Positions 12,773-23,071 of a stretch of 32,627 bases of DNA are shown here, piece by piece. The stretch spans positions 69,064,458-69,097,084 of the forward strand of contig NC_057726.1 of the NCBI RefSeq assembly GCF_004010195.1, read 5' to 3'. Position 1 is the stretch's first letter; every line of letters starts with the position of its first letter. Under the pieces are notes generated by a model. It did not search any database. It saw nothing but the letters and a program-made list of their open reading frames with translations, and was not told where the DNA came from. The translations under genes and the position numbers were made by a program. The DNA comes from Chiloscyllium plagiosum. Its lineage: Eukaryota.

Positions 12773-13081
12773 TTGTGTGCACTTCGGACAATGGTATTCC
12801 AGATATTATGCAAATAAAGACCCTGATTACTGCAAGAGTTACCATGCGATGCCCCTTCCCTTATGAACTCAATCATTCAAACATCAATGTTTTATGGTTG
12901 AGAGAAGGTAATAAGATGCTTCTGGAGGAGGATGGCAGACTTCTCCTTAATGTAAAGAAAGGTGGAGCCTACCTTCATCTCTTCAATGTGACTGTCCTGG
13001 ACGCTGGAATATATTATTGTATAGTCAAATATCACCATCAAACCGTTTCTCATAAACCCGCTGCTCAGCTTGTTGTCTACG
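12773..13081 (+). CDS. SIRP-like receptor, exon 2 (Ig V-set domain)
   Basis: Open frame with V-set hallmarks: VTMRC (B-strand Cys), VLW (C-strand Trp), AYLHLFNVTVLDAGIYYC (DxGxYYC) and QLVVY G strand. Polypyrimidine tract with TAGCAG acceptor; phase-1 donor G|GTTAAT at 13082. Confidence 0.92.
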
Positions 13082-13518
13082 GTTAATGTCACCACAGTTA
13101 AACGTTAGGTTTTCGTTCTATTGAACAGTGAATATGCGTGGGTAGTTACTTTTCAGAAAAAATGCAGTGCATACAAAATTGTTCACTTCTTGCAACGGCA
13201 TGTTCATTAATTTCGTTAAAACAGCATCATCACCATTAGCAAATGGTATTGAAATTTGTGTTGAATACAAAGTTAATGCAAGACTTCCAAGTGAAGTACG
13301 TTTTACAGTTTAAGCGTGAGATAACAGAGGAAATTGCTGCGAGGTTATCGGCATTGTTAAACATTTTAAATGTCATGTTGTTTTCTGCTTTGAAAAACAA
13401 AATTCCTATTCCCCTTGTTGGGACTCCGGCTGTCTCGTTTTCCATGATTCAGTTTCCAAACCGATCATTGCGAGCAGGTTGCAGTATGGCAACTCAAATA
13501 GATTTGTATTAATTAATA

Positions 13519-13735
13519 AAAGAAAATTACTGCGGATGCTGGAATCTGAAACCAAAAGAGAAAATGCTGGAAAATCTCAGCAGGTCTAGCAACATCTATA
13601 AGGAGAGAAAAGAGCTGACGTTTCGAGTCTAACTGACCCTTTGTCAAAGCTTTGACAAAGGACCAGTTAGACTCAAAACATCAGCTCTTTTCTCTCCTTA
13701 CAAATGCTGAGATTTTCCAGCATTTTCTCTTTTGG
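13519..13735. mobile_element. Palindromic Penelope-derived insert (intron 2)
   Basis: Inverted arms centred near 13650 (CTTTGTCAAAGCTTTGACAAAG); 16-bp TSD TTTGTATTAATTAATA at 13503-13518 and 13736-13751. Confidence 0.85.
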
Positions 13736-13970
13736 TTTGTATTAATTAATATGGTCCGAAGGTAATATCCAACATACAGATGATGAATCAATTGCATAAC
13801 GAGGTCGCTACATGGTAAAAGCAATAGCAACCCCTACCAGTATAAATAATAATAATTTGTGCACTGGCCTCCCCAGAAATAAATCTGTTGGATCGTTCAG
13901 TAAACCTTTTAAGTATTAGAGTAGAAGTACAATGCCCACATTTATGTGAATGTTGTTATTTACAATGCAG

Positions 13971-14276
13971 CTACACCAGCTCCCCTAAAACTTGTATTGG
14001 TACGTTCCGAAGACACTCCGCCTGCTTCTTCCAAATTACAATGCAGGACATCTGGCTTTTTCCCAGAAGACTATAACCTTACTTGGCACAGACACGGGAC
14101 ACAAATCTTCACTGGGTTTAGAAACATAAAACAGGCAAATGGCGAGGGTCTTTATGAAGTTGTCAGCTCCTTGGACATGTCAAAGTCACCCGGGAACGGC
14201 ATTGTCTACTCGTGTCAAGTATATCACGTTTCGAGCTCATTTCCAGCAAATGCTAGTTACACTGTTATGAATGAAG
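13971..14276 (+). CDS. SIRP-like receptor, exon 3 (Ig C1-set domain)
   Basis: LQCRTSGFFPEDYNLTW...NGEGLYEVVSSL...YSCQVYH has the C1-set motifs CxxxGFxP, W and YxCxVxH. Acceptor TGCAG at 13970; phase-1 donor AAG|GTAAGA. Confidence 0.93.
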
Positions 14277-14509
14277 GTAAGATTCCATGACACGTTGTGC
14301 GGGAATCTTTCAAATATCGTTGAAAAAGGAAAAATAAGTACAAAGTGATTACTGCAGTTAGTTACCTCAGATTGTGTCAATCCCGAAGTTTGATACTGTT
14401 GTATGATTAAAGATTTCCTTTCTTCGTCTAACTCAGAATTTGTGTGGTATATTGTCACGTGGGTGACATCTAACAGTGGATATTCGTCACCGAGCGTTCC
14501 CATCATTTA

Positions 14510-14682
14510 GGTAAAAACAATGACTGCAGATGCTGGAAACCAGATTCTGGATCAATGGTCTGGAAGAGCACAGCAGTTCAGGCAGCATCGAGGAGCTTCA
14601 GCAAAATCGACGTTTCGGGCAAAAGCCCTTCATCAGGAATCCTGAATTGCTGTGCTCTTCCAGACCATTGATCCAGAATCTG
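14510..14682. mobile_element. Penelope-derived insert with inverted arm
   Basis: Arm 14538-14582 is inverted at 14641-14685; 14-bp TSD GTTCCCATCATTTA at 14496-14509 and 14683-14696. Confidence 0.85.
14604..14640 (-). ncRNA. Minimal hammerhead ribozyme motif
   Basis: Minus strand reads AUUC-CUGAUGA-A-GGGC-UUUU-GCCC-GAAA-C-GUC-GAUU: intact catalytic boxes, 4-bp stem II, vestigial stem III, GUC cleavage triplet. Confidence 0.7.
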
Positions 14683-14789
14683 GTTCCCATCATTTATTTA
14701 AAGATATAATGTTGAAATTCACTCTCGAAGATAGTGTTAAATTCAATAACTGGAAATGTTACAGAGGGACAAAGAGATGGATGGAATAC

Positions 14790-15250
14790 CATCACTTTAT
14801 ACAGCACGGAAGAAGCCGTTCAGTCTATTGAGTGCAGCCCACCTATTTACGATAATCATACTTCTCAGCATTTGGCCGATCACCTTGAATGTTTTGACAT
14901 TTTAAGTGCTCGACCATGTACATTTCTTAAAAAGGTTTACCACCTGTATTACCTTCTCAGGAGTGTATTCCTGATACCCAACAGCCGCTCAGTGAAAAAT
15001 CAATCCTCAATTTTGCTCTGAACCTCTTACCTTTCCTGTAAAATACCTCTCATTGTCCACCCTTCACCTAAAGAGAACAGTTGCTTTTAATCCACCCTGT
15101 CCATGCTTTCATAATTATGGACACCTCAGTCAAGGTTTCCCACAACCGTCTTTGTTCCAAAGAAAACAATCTATGCTTCTCCAAACTTTTCCGAGCTAAA
15201 ATGCTCCGATCCTGACAGCATCCTGGTGACTCTCCCCAACGTAAACAAAT
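14790..15250 (-). mobile_element. CR1-clade LINE 3' end, decayed
   Basis: Resembles the other CR1 3' ends in the window (CATCCTGGTGA motif, 3' UTR). Confidence 0.6.
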
Positions 15251-16721
15251 CTTTCCGTATTGTTATGCTGAAAATACCTAACGGACTGTGTGTTAAGATC
15301 AGATTGAAACGATTGCAAGAAGACGTGTACACATTGTTTGGTTAATTTATTTGGTCAATACCTCATGCATCTATCAACCAATAGTTGACACTTTCAATTA
15401 TGGATAAGTATTAACGATAAATGGTTAGTTTAAAATACTCAGATATATGTTCGGCTCGTTGGGGACTTTGGCGATGGCAACACTTGGAGCTGTATCTCAG
15501 ACTCCACCGTGATGGTTTCACGAACTCCAGCCTAATGGTGAAAGTTCACCGAATTGGATAAAGTCCCGATATTAATACTATTTTGGATCTACTGTTACAT
15601 GCTATGTCAGCACTTCAGAGTCCTTCCAGTACTTTTTCAGGTTTTCCACTGGGAGAAAACACGCTGAAAAAAGATCTTCCAGGTGGCTCCTTTTTAACTG
15701 CACAATATTCTGTTCCCCACCCAGTCAAGCCCATACAGTTACCTCCCAGTCAAAGAAGGTTGTTTTTACACTTGTCATTTTCCACTTGTTTTCAATTGCT
15801 GATTTTCATGTCGAATTAGCCCTTAGTGATTAACCCTCAATGGTTTAGTTTGAAGGAATCACTTTAAGCACACGCGACACACATTGATATCTTCAAAGCC
15901 TTATCCAAACACGCACATACTGCTAAATATCTCCAAGTTGGTTAAACATGCGATATAGTTCACAGGCCATTACACAAATACATAAAGATGAAAAACAATT
16001 ATCAATCGTGTAACAATTGGAGACCATAAGAGTGAGAGTACTGGTGAAGCTTTTGATGACCACCTTCTTAAAGATAACCCACCAATGACGCAGAGGAAGG
16101 GTTCCTACATTGTCTGATTTGCCAACCTATTGATTATGGTTGGAAGCGATGGCCCTTTCTTGCCATAAGAAACCATGGTGTATTGTTGCCAAATGAGAAC
16201 GAATCTGCTGATGCTGTGCAAGGAAAGCCTGCAATTTCTTAATTATCGCTTCTGGACATAAACTAGTCAATCGATTAGTCATGCAATGCATAGTTATCTT
16301 CTCCCATTCCTCGATTATGTAGTGTTTAAACCTAACTTCATCATGGATAACATATCTTTTGTCCTGAAATGAGTTGGCAGGTGGTTTCTCTCTCTTATCA
16401 TTAAGGTGGACACTGTGAGGGCTGGCTAAACACGTGGGGTTCAGGCCAATTTCATGGATATTGTATCATTGATTGGCAACTTTCTCCCTGTGCAAAGACC
16501 CCCGCTACACTGCAAAACAAAATGATTCAAAGGTCGTAGAATATAAGGGGCATATGAGGCATTCTCGCTATTGTTCCTATTGGGTCCAATTGCTGTTATC
16601 CAGCCATTTTCCATGAATTCCCCAAACAGATGAGGTAGAGAGCTAAACAGCAAACATAATTCCAGGTATATGCTATTAAAAAGAAACAGCATTACATGCC
16701 GTGGCATTGCAATTACTCTTT

Positions 16722-17753
16722 TTTTTTTATTTCAAAAATATACTTTATTCATAAAATACTTTGATGATCTGTACAACTGGACATGCCATACATATGTAAA
16801 CATTCCATTTGTTTGCATACCGAAAACATTCCTATTTACAGGTCTGTACGATTACATTTTTAGCTGAGGCGTCAGCAGAGCCCAAATGACTGCGCGGGCC
16901 CCCTGTTCTTCTTTAGGCAGGCAGTTGTTCCATGGTGGTCTTTCCCCACCGCGCCTTGGCGGCAGCTGCCCCAAGCTTCAGCGCGTCCTTCAACACGTTG
17001 TACTGGACCTTGGAATGTGCCAGTCTGCAACACTCAGTCGGGGTCAACTCCTTCAGCTGGAAGATCAATAGGTTTCGGACCACCCAGTTCGTCTCGGTGT
17101 GCATCCCGGGAAACAGGCCGTAGAGCACGGAGTCCCGCGTCACGGCGCTGCTCGGGATGAACCTCAACAAACACCACTGCATTCCTCTCCACACTTCTTC
17201 TGCGTAGGCACATTTCAGAAGGAGGTGTGTGACAGTCTCCTCCCCCCGCAGCCGCTTCCAGGGCAGCGTGCGGTGCAGCTGAGAGTGCGGGCATGCATAA
17301 AGGATCTCACAGGCAGAGCCCTTCTCACCACCAGCCAAGCCATGTCTTGGTGCTTGTTGGAAAGTTCTGGCGATGAGGCATGCGAAGGGTCTCAAGAACT
17401 ACGTGCTGACCACTTCCTGATGGACTTGTGGTCAAAGGTGTTTTTCTTCATAAACTTCTCCATGAAGGACAGGTGATACGGAACGGTCCAACGACTTGGA
17501 GCGTTCCGCGGCAGCGAGGCCAGGCCCATCCTTCGCAACACCGGGGACAGGTAGAACCTCAGTACGTTTGCGTACCGGGGATCCACGCACAGCTTGATGC
17601 AGCCACACACAAAGGTGGCCATCAGGGTGAGAGTGGCATTGGGTGTATTTTTTCTCCCTTTGCCCAGATCTTTGTACAGCGAGTCCCTTCGGACCCGGTC
17701 CATCTTTGACCTCCATATAAACTGGAAGATGGCCCGGGTGACTTCAGCGGCAC
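16722..17753 (-). mobile_element. 5'-truncated Tx1-clade (L1-Tx1) LINE
   Basis: ORF2 C-terminal remnants (LRFYLSPVLRRMGLASLPRNAP; zinc finger EETVTHLLLKC), T-run tail at about 16719-16728, and 10-bp TSD ATTACTCTTT at 16712-16721 and 17754-17763; GC-rich relative to flanks. Confidence 0.9.
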
Positions 17754-17979
17754 ATTACTCTTTAATAAGTCAGGCATAAATGTTAAATTAGTAATGGTGA
17801 GGTGAAATAATTGTTTCCAAGACAACGGGTGTCTGGATAGCAATACACTATTTACTTAACGCCATTGTTCTAAACTATACATTTAGGGCAGACTACAATG
17901 TATTCAGTTAGCCTCAGCACTGAGATTCATCTGGGTATGATACATTTCCCGAACTGTGTTATTTGTAAACTTCCAAGCC

Positions 17980-18317
17980 GTGTCAGTCAAATGTCAATTT
18001 GCTAATTCACTGTATGCTAATGATTTGATCCATGCAGCAAATAGTTTTGTAGCTTCCTTGGACAGTTGCCCAGCTTGAGCAATTTTGTTTTGTTGAGTCT
18101 CAATACCCATGGAAATTAATGCACCTATTCGCAATTTTGTTTTGTTGAGTCTCAATACCCATGGTGTCAGTCAAATGTCAATTTGCTAATTCACTGTATG
18201 CTAATGATTTGATCCATGCAGCAAATAGTTTTGTAGCTTCCTTGGACAGTTGCCCAGCTTCAGCAATTTTGTTTTGTTGAGTCTCAATACCCATGGAAAT
18301 TAATGCACCTATTCGCA
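17980..18317. repeat. 154-bp duplication with templated spacer
   Basis: 17980-18133 matches 18164-18317 with one mismatch; the intervening 18131-18164 copies 18079-18112. Confidence 0.9.
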
Positions 18318-18649
18318 CCTTTGTTCAACCTAGAATAGAGAAGAGGACATCTCTCCTGCCTCACCTCTGTAATGTCAACGGTATGTGTAAAGAGCGGTAA
18401 TGGGAAGTTAAATTATTTGAACACTAGGGTATAGGTGTCATACAACTGCTGATGATTGGGTAACGGTGTGGCATTTAATGGACCTGGATGCATGGTTCAT
18501 CATAACAATCCTCAATATGTTTTATGCCCTTTTATCTCTGTATCGTTTTGGCTGATGAGTTAGTCACCCCGCATATGAGCCACTGTCCAAGCCAACATCT
18601 CCCTGAGTCGCTGTACCACGAAGTCATAGTAAGAAACTAGTTCTGTGGT

Positions 18650-19490
18650 GAAGTGTAATTAGGATAAGTGAGAGATGTGCCTTCTCTAAAATCCTAACAT
18701 CTCCACAAAGCCTTGGGTCATTTCTTTAGCTATCCGGGCTTACACCTCACTGGTTTTGTTTCTTACTCTGTCATAATTCAGACGGTCTCCTCGGCCCATT
18801 GTGTTCTCAGCAAAATAACATCTTGCTTTGGTCCTTGGATATTCTGAGGATTGATTTTGCAGACTTTATTCCGTAGGTGCTCAGTCAAAGTAGCTATCTC
18901 TTTGGCTACTACTTCCTCTGACAGGCCACACAGCAATATATCATCAATATAAAGGGTTATTTATGTCACCAGAGAGAGACAATTTCTCCAGATTCATGGC
19001 TTTAAACCATGGCAGAAAGTTAGACTGTGCAAGTTGCCTGCACAACCGACAACCCGGGAACTCTCTTTGCTCCCATGTGAAAGCAAACTGATTCTATGAA
19101 TTCTCAGTCGAGAGTGTAGTGCTCGAAAAGCACAGCAGGTCAGGCAGCATCCGACTAACAGGAGAATCATCATTTTGGGCATAAGCCCTTCATTGATTCT
19201 CCTGCTCCTGGGATGTTGCCTGGCCTGCTGTTCTTTTCCAGCAATACACACTCGACTCTGAGCTTCAGCATCTGCAGTCCTCACTTTCTCCCTTTGTGAA
19301 TTCTCACCAAGGACAAGAGAGCATGAGCTCAGTTGATTACAGCATGCCGTTCCCAATGACACCTGCTCCAGTAATGTTACAATGTCTGGGAGAGTCAATG
19401 CCAATCGTGGTGCATGTTGGTTTAACCGTCAGTCATCCACCACCATTCACGAGTTACCCTGTGCTCTCTTTCCTGTCCGCACAGGGCTGT
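18650..19490 (-). pseudogene. pol: Retroviral reverse transcriptase remnant
   Basis: DSPV...*MVVDD*RLNQHAPRLALTLPDIVTLLEQV, GNLHSLTFCHGL, ITLYIDDILLCG (YIDD at 18940-18951), KINPQNIQGPKQDVILLRTQW and FVEMLGF*RRHISHL are ERV-L-type RT motifs. Confidence 0.9.
19107..19296. mobile_element. Palindromic Penelope-derived insert within ERV RT
   Basis: Inverted arms; 10-bp TSD TGAATTCTCA at 19097-19106 and 19297-19306. Confidence 0.8.
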
Positions 19491-19494
19491 CGTA

Positions 19495-19712
19495 CTGGGA
19501 TAAAGTTAAAAATCACACAACTCCAGTTTATACTCCGACATGTTTATTTGGAAGTACAAGCTTTCGGAGCGGTGCACCTTCATTGGGTAGCTAGTGGAGT
19601 AGCTACCAGAGTTTAGAGCAAAAGATCATAGTGTCATAGAACTGATATTATATGTTGAATAAACCTAGATTGGTGTTAAGTCTTTCGACTATTAGAATGG
19701 GTTGCATGTTTC
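19495..19712. mobile_element. Second Penelope-like family fragment within ERV pol
   Basis: AAAGTTAAAAATCACACAAC...TTTATTTGGAAGTACAAGCTTTCGGAGC; a reverse-complement relative lies at 28480-28915. Confidence 0.6.
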
Positions 19713-19849
19713 CATTCTCAGCTCAGCTCAGCTTACACAGGGAGACAGAAGGTCGTACAAACCCATGCTGCCTCTATCCCTTTAATAATGTCTGTGATCT
19801 CCTTGTGCCCTCAATACGGCTTACCATTAATAATTCGTGAATGGGATGA

Positions 19850-20150
19850 ATTCCCACACAGCTTACCCAACTCTCACATTCATCCTTTATACACCAAAAC
19901 AAATTGGGGTCCATATTTCCAGCCCAGACACAACACCCATCCTTACAAAATTTTCATTTACGCTGCATATTAAGATAGATGCCATTCAAGGTGGTCTATC
20001 CCCAATTGCCAATTGCACCAGTGTCTGCACCACTGGTGTTTCTGCTCTCTCAAATCTATTTACAGTGCTTTTAGTTCCCACATGTCTGGACCGTATCAAA
20101 CAAGACCATAATGTGTTGTTTGCTTCCATTTCTCCAACAAATTCTGTTCG
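19850..20150 (-). pseudogene. pro: Retroviral protease remnant
   Basis: MVLFDTV (minus strand, about 20089-20109) is a degenerate LxDTG active site positioned between gag and RT. Confidence 0.45.
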
Positions 20151-20486
20151 GGATGTATGACCTGAGTGCACTCCCTCTTTTGATTGTATCTCAGTGTCCT
20201 GACCACCTTCCGAATGTAGGGGATTATTCAGTCTCCACATTCGCTCCAGTTCCTTTCATGTAGGGTACAGAAGGAACTCTGATACTCCTTTCCTTTTCTA
20301 GGGAATGGCATCTAAATGAGAATTTGTGTCTTACACTATGGGAGGAGTTGTTCCCAATCTCCTGCATGATCGTGGTGCACTTTTGTGACCACTAACTGTC
20401 CAAACAACATTTTCACTTCACCGACTGGTCTGCCCTGAGCTAGCTCCGGCAATGCCAGCAGCGTCCATTATGCAGGAGTTGAATTC

Positions 20487-21052
20487 TCATTCGGGTTGTG
20501 AAAATTTCCTGGACTTGTCCCTAGAAAATTTTTTGTGCGCAATCCTGTTTGTGCAGCTAACTCCAGAATCGCGCACTTCCCCGTGATATTGTATGCCACG
20601 GTGCAGTTTCCTGCTCGTAATCCATGAGTGGTCCGGATACTCAGTTCTCACTGCTGTACACACCCATGCAGCCAATGCCCCTGCTCCCTGCAGAGCATTA
20701 TGTATGGCTTCATATGCAGGCAAGGCTCCCGTACTCCAAAGCTTCTTATCCTTGAGAGAAACATTTAACGCCCTTGAGAGCTGAAACTGGGTTATCCAAG
20801 CTCCCCGGGACTCGCCTGCTTTCTGATAGAACATATTTCCCAATCCTACAATTCTGTCATTATGTAATCCGGCACAATTCGAGTATATTGTGGAGCATGC
20901 TGGCCATACCCCGGGGCTGCGCTAAGGGACACATTATCACCATTAGTGTCTTCTTCCCAATCAGTCCACTCATCCTCCAAATCGAACGAATACCAGTCCA
21001 ATGATCGGGACCTGATCAGTTCCTCTGAACTTACTGGTGTCTTGCCATACAT
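20487..21052 (-). pseudogene. gag: ERV-L/Fv1-like gag remnant
   Basis: DYIMTEL...GNMFYQKAGESRGAWI...ALNVSL...ALAAWVCTAVRTEYP resembles the ERV-L gag pattern YTxxEL...YxQKxGExxxxW as I recall it. Confidence 0.65.
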
Positions 21053-21354
21053 TGAGTAGTCATTTGTGTTGTTACTTCTTACAAAGTCCTTTGAATATCT
21101 TCACATACGTGCAGAAACTAATGTAGCCCAAGGCGAATGTCTCCATGCATCATAATATTAAACACAGTTTGATTATTATTTTTATATTCACTGGTAGTAC
21201 GTTATTTTTATTTGCTGGGAGGACATTTATTGTCGATGCCTAATTGCCAAGAGAGCAGTTAATAATCATTCAGTTAGCAGTGAGTCATTTGCAGGCCAGC
21301 TGACAATGGCAGAATTCCTTCCAAAAGAACATTAAGTAAGCTACCTGGTCTTAA

Positions 21355-21870
21355 AGTCATAGAGATGTACAGCATGGAAGCAGATCCTTCATTCCAACTT
21401 GTCTATGCCAACCCGATAACCTACATTAATTGAGTCCAGTTTGCCAGCATTTGTCCCATATTGCTCCAAATGTTTCGTATCATATACCCATCTAAATGTC
21501 TTTTAAATGTCGCAATTGTACGAGCCTCTATCCCTTTCTCTGGCAGTTCATTCCATACTTATACTACTCCCTGCATGAAAAAGTTACCCATTAGATCTCT
21601 TTTAAATCTTTCCCCTCTCACTTTACACCTATGCCTTCTAGTTTTGGACTCGCCTAACCTGGGGAAAATACCTTGATTATTCACCCTATCCATGGCCCTC
21701 ATGATTTTCTGTAAGGTCAACCTTCAGCCTCTAACGCTCCAATGAAAATAGCTCCAACCTATTCAACCTGTCCCTGTAGATTCTACCCTCAAACCCTGAC
21801 AACATCCTTCTAAATAATTTTTGAACCCTTTCAAGTTTAGCATATTTACGATTGCAAGGAGACCAGTGTT
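21355..21870 (-). mobile_element. CR1-clade LINE 3' end
   Basis: LERVQKLFRRMLSGFEGRIYRDRLNRLELFSLER is typical CR1 ORF2 C-terminal sequence. Confidence 0.85.
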
Positions 21871-22400
21871 TTAATGACAAACATTTCAGCATTTCACTGA
21901 ATTCAAATTTCACTACCTGCACTGGTGACATTAAAAATCCATGAGCCAAGAACATAGAGATTTGTATTGTTAAGGCAGTGCATTGAAACTGTGTAATTGT
22001 CTTTCCTCAGTTAGACTGGTCGCACTTCCAGGAAGATTTCATTTAAAATAGTCTCAGTTACTTTGTGCTCCAGAGAACATTGTCCCATTATAACTGATAT
22101 CTGATCTGAACTCTTTGTAATTGGATACTTCTGGTATTGGATGAATTAATTATCATTATTTTGATTAATTAAAAGGTGACAAATCAAATTTCTTCATCGC
22201 TGCTGATATTTTCATGACTTCTCACGATTTACTGTCTTTATATCCAACTTCATATAGGAAAGCTGACATATGCGATTGCATGGATAATATTAGAATGCTA
22301 ACCAGGCAGTTTAATGGGAAATGGAGCATGTGATATTTACATTTATGTGTATCTGGTTTCTGATACAACTTCTAACTTTAATTTTCTGTTCATCTCTTAG

Positions 22401-22514
22401 ATTTTGTCTCGAAAGTCAGTGTTGCTGTTTTTGCTGGATGGGCTGGTGGAGCACTTGCAAATCTATTCTGCATAGTGATAATTGTTAAGTGTCTCCTATT
22501 CATTATATCTAAAA
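22401..22514 (+). CDS. SIRP-like receptor, exon 4 (transmembrane)
   Basis: Acceptor TTCATCTCTTAG, phase 1; translates DFVSKVSVAVFAGWAGGALANLFCIVIIVKCLLFIISK. Donor is uncertain: 22515 (phase 1) or 22489 (phase 2). Confidence 0.78.
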
Positions 22515-22686
22515 GTATAAATATGAATGTACATGCTTAGTGAAATAAATTGATTAAATTGCCTTACCCTTGTCCAGTTAAAATAAGTGTACAATGTAAA
22601 ACTACTTGCAAGCATTTGTGTCACGTCAGCGCTAGCATTCCATGATAAGGTTCATTCCTATATTATTCTAAATCCCATCTTTTCAG

Positions 22687-22717
22687 ATCTGAAGGCAATC
22701 TAGTGAATTTCACTGAA
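22687..22717 (+). CDS. Candidate small cytoplasmic exon (ancestral or alternative)
   Basis: Acceptor CCCATCTTTTCAG; open as phase 2 to 0 (SEGNLVNFTE) with donor GAA|GTAATA, or an alternative donor at 22739. Entered in phase 1 it hits TAG after five codons. Confidence 0.35.
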
Positions 22718-22907
22718 GTAATACTTCCACAGCTTCAAGTCACATTTACATGTGTGCAATTGTGTTCAACATTTTGTGTTATATTCTGAGTCGACTTAGT
22801 CTATTGTAACTTGTGTCTGTGTGAATTGCATGGTAATTTGATGGCTTACAAATGAATACAAACATCATATCTCTCTTGACAATGAATACCAACTTTGTTG
22901 CCATCAG

Positions 22908-22951
22908 ATTCAAAGAAAAGGGCAACAAGTCCTACTCAACACAAAGATGAG
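22908..22951 (+). CDS. SIRP-like receptor, cytoplasmic exon (44 nt)
   Basis: Acceptor TTGCCATCAG and strong donor GAG|GTAAGG; open in two frames (NSKKRATSPTQHKDE or IQRKGQQVLLNTKMR). Confidence 0.72.
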
Positions 22952-23071
22952 GTAAGGCCTTTGACTTCACTTTGAAATTCATCTGCATGATTCAGACATT
23001 GCAATCAAAATAATCTGTTTCAAACTATCTGGATGAAGTCAAAAGTTTTACTGTCATAACAGAACTTCAGC

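Larger units (their letters stand above)
15400..18520 (-). pseudogene. env: Retroviral env remnant (interrupted)
   Basis: R*GRR|DVLFSILG*TKVRIGALISMGIETQQNKIAQAG reads as a furin-like site (18352-18366) plus fusion peptide and heptad; downstream extent is inferred. Confidence 0.55.
15260..21100 (-). mobile_element. Decayed class III (ERV-L/S-like) endogenous retrovirus, gag-pro-pol-env, antisense in intron 3
   Basis: Ordered minus-strand remnants of gag, protease, RT and env (see sub-features). Ends are approximate; no LTR pair found. Confidence 0.8.

Noticed and set aside
13093-13130. RSS-like CACAGTT and GGTTTTCGT after the V exon
   Set aside because: Orientation and spacing do not fit a 12 or 23 RSS, and the V exon already includes its G strand and a splice donor, so there is no evidence of V(D)J rearrangement.
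12760-14290. Calling the gene an Ig light chain or TCR chain
   Set aside because: No FGxG J motif, no RSS or separate J segments, and a long tyrosine-motif tail follows the TM exon.
15261-15400. 3' LTR of the ERV
   Set aside because: A TG terminus is present but no matching copy is visible near 21100.
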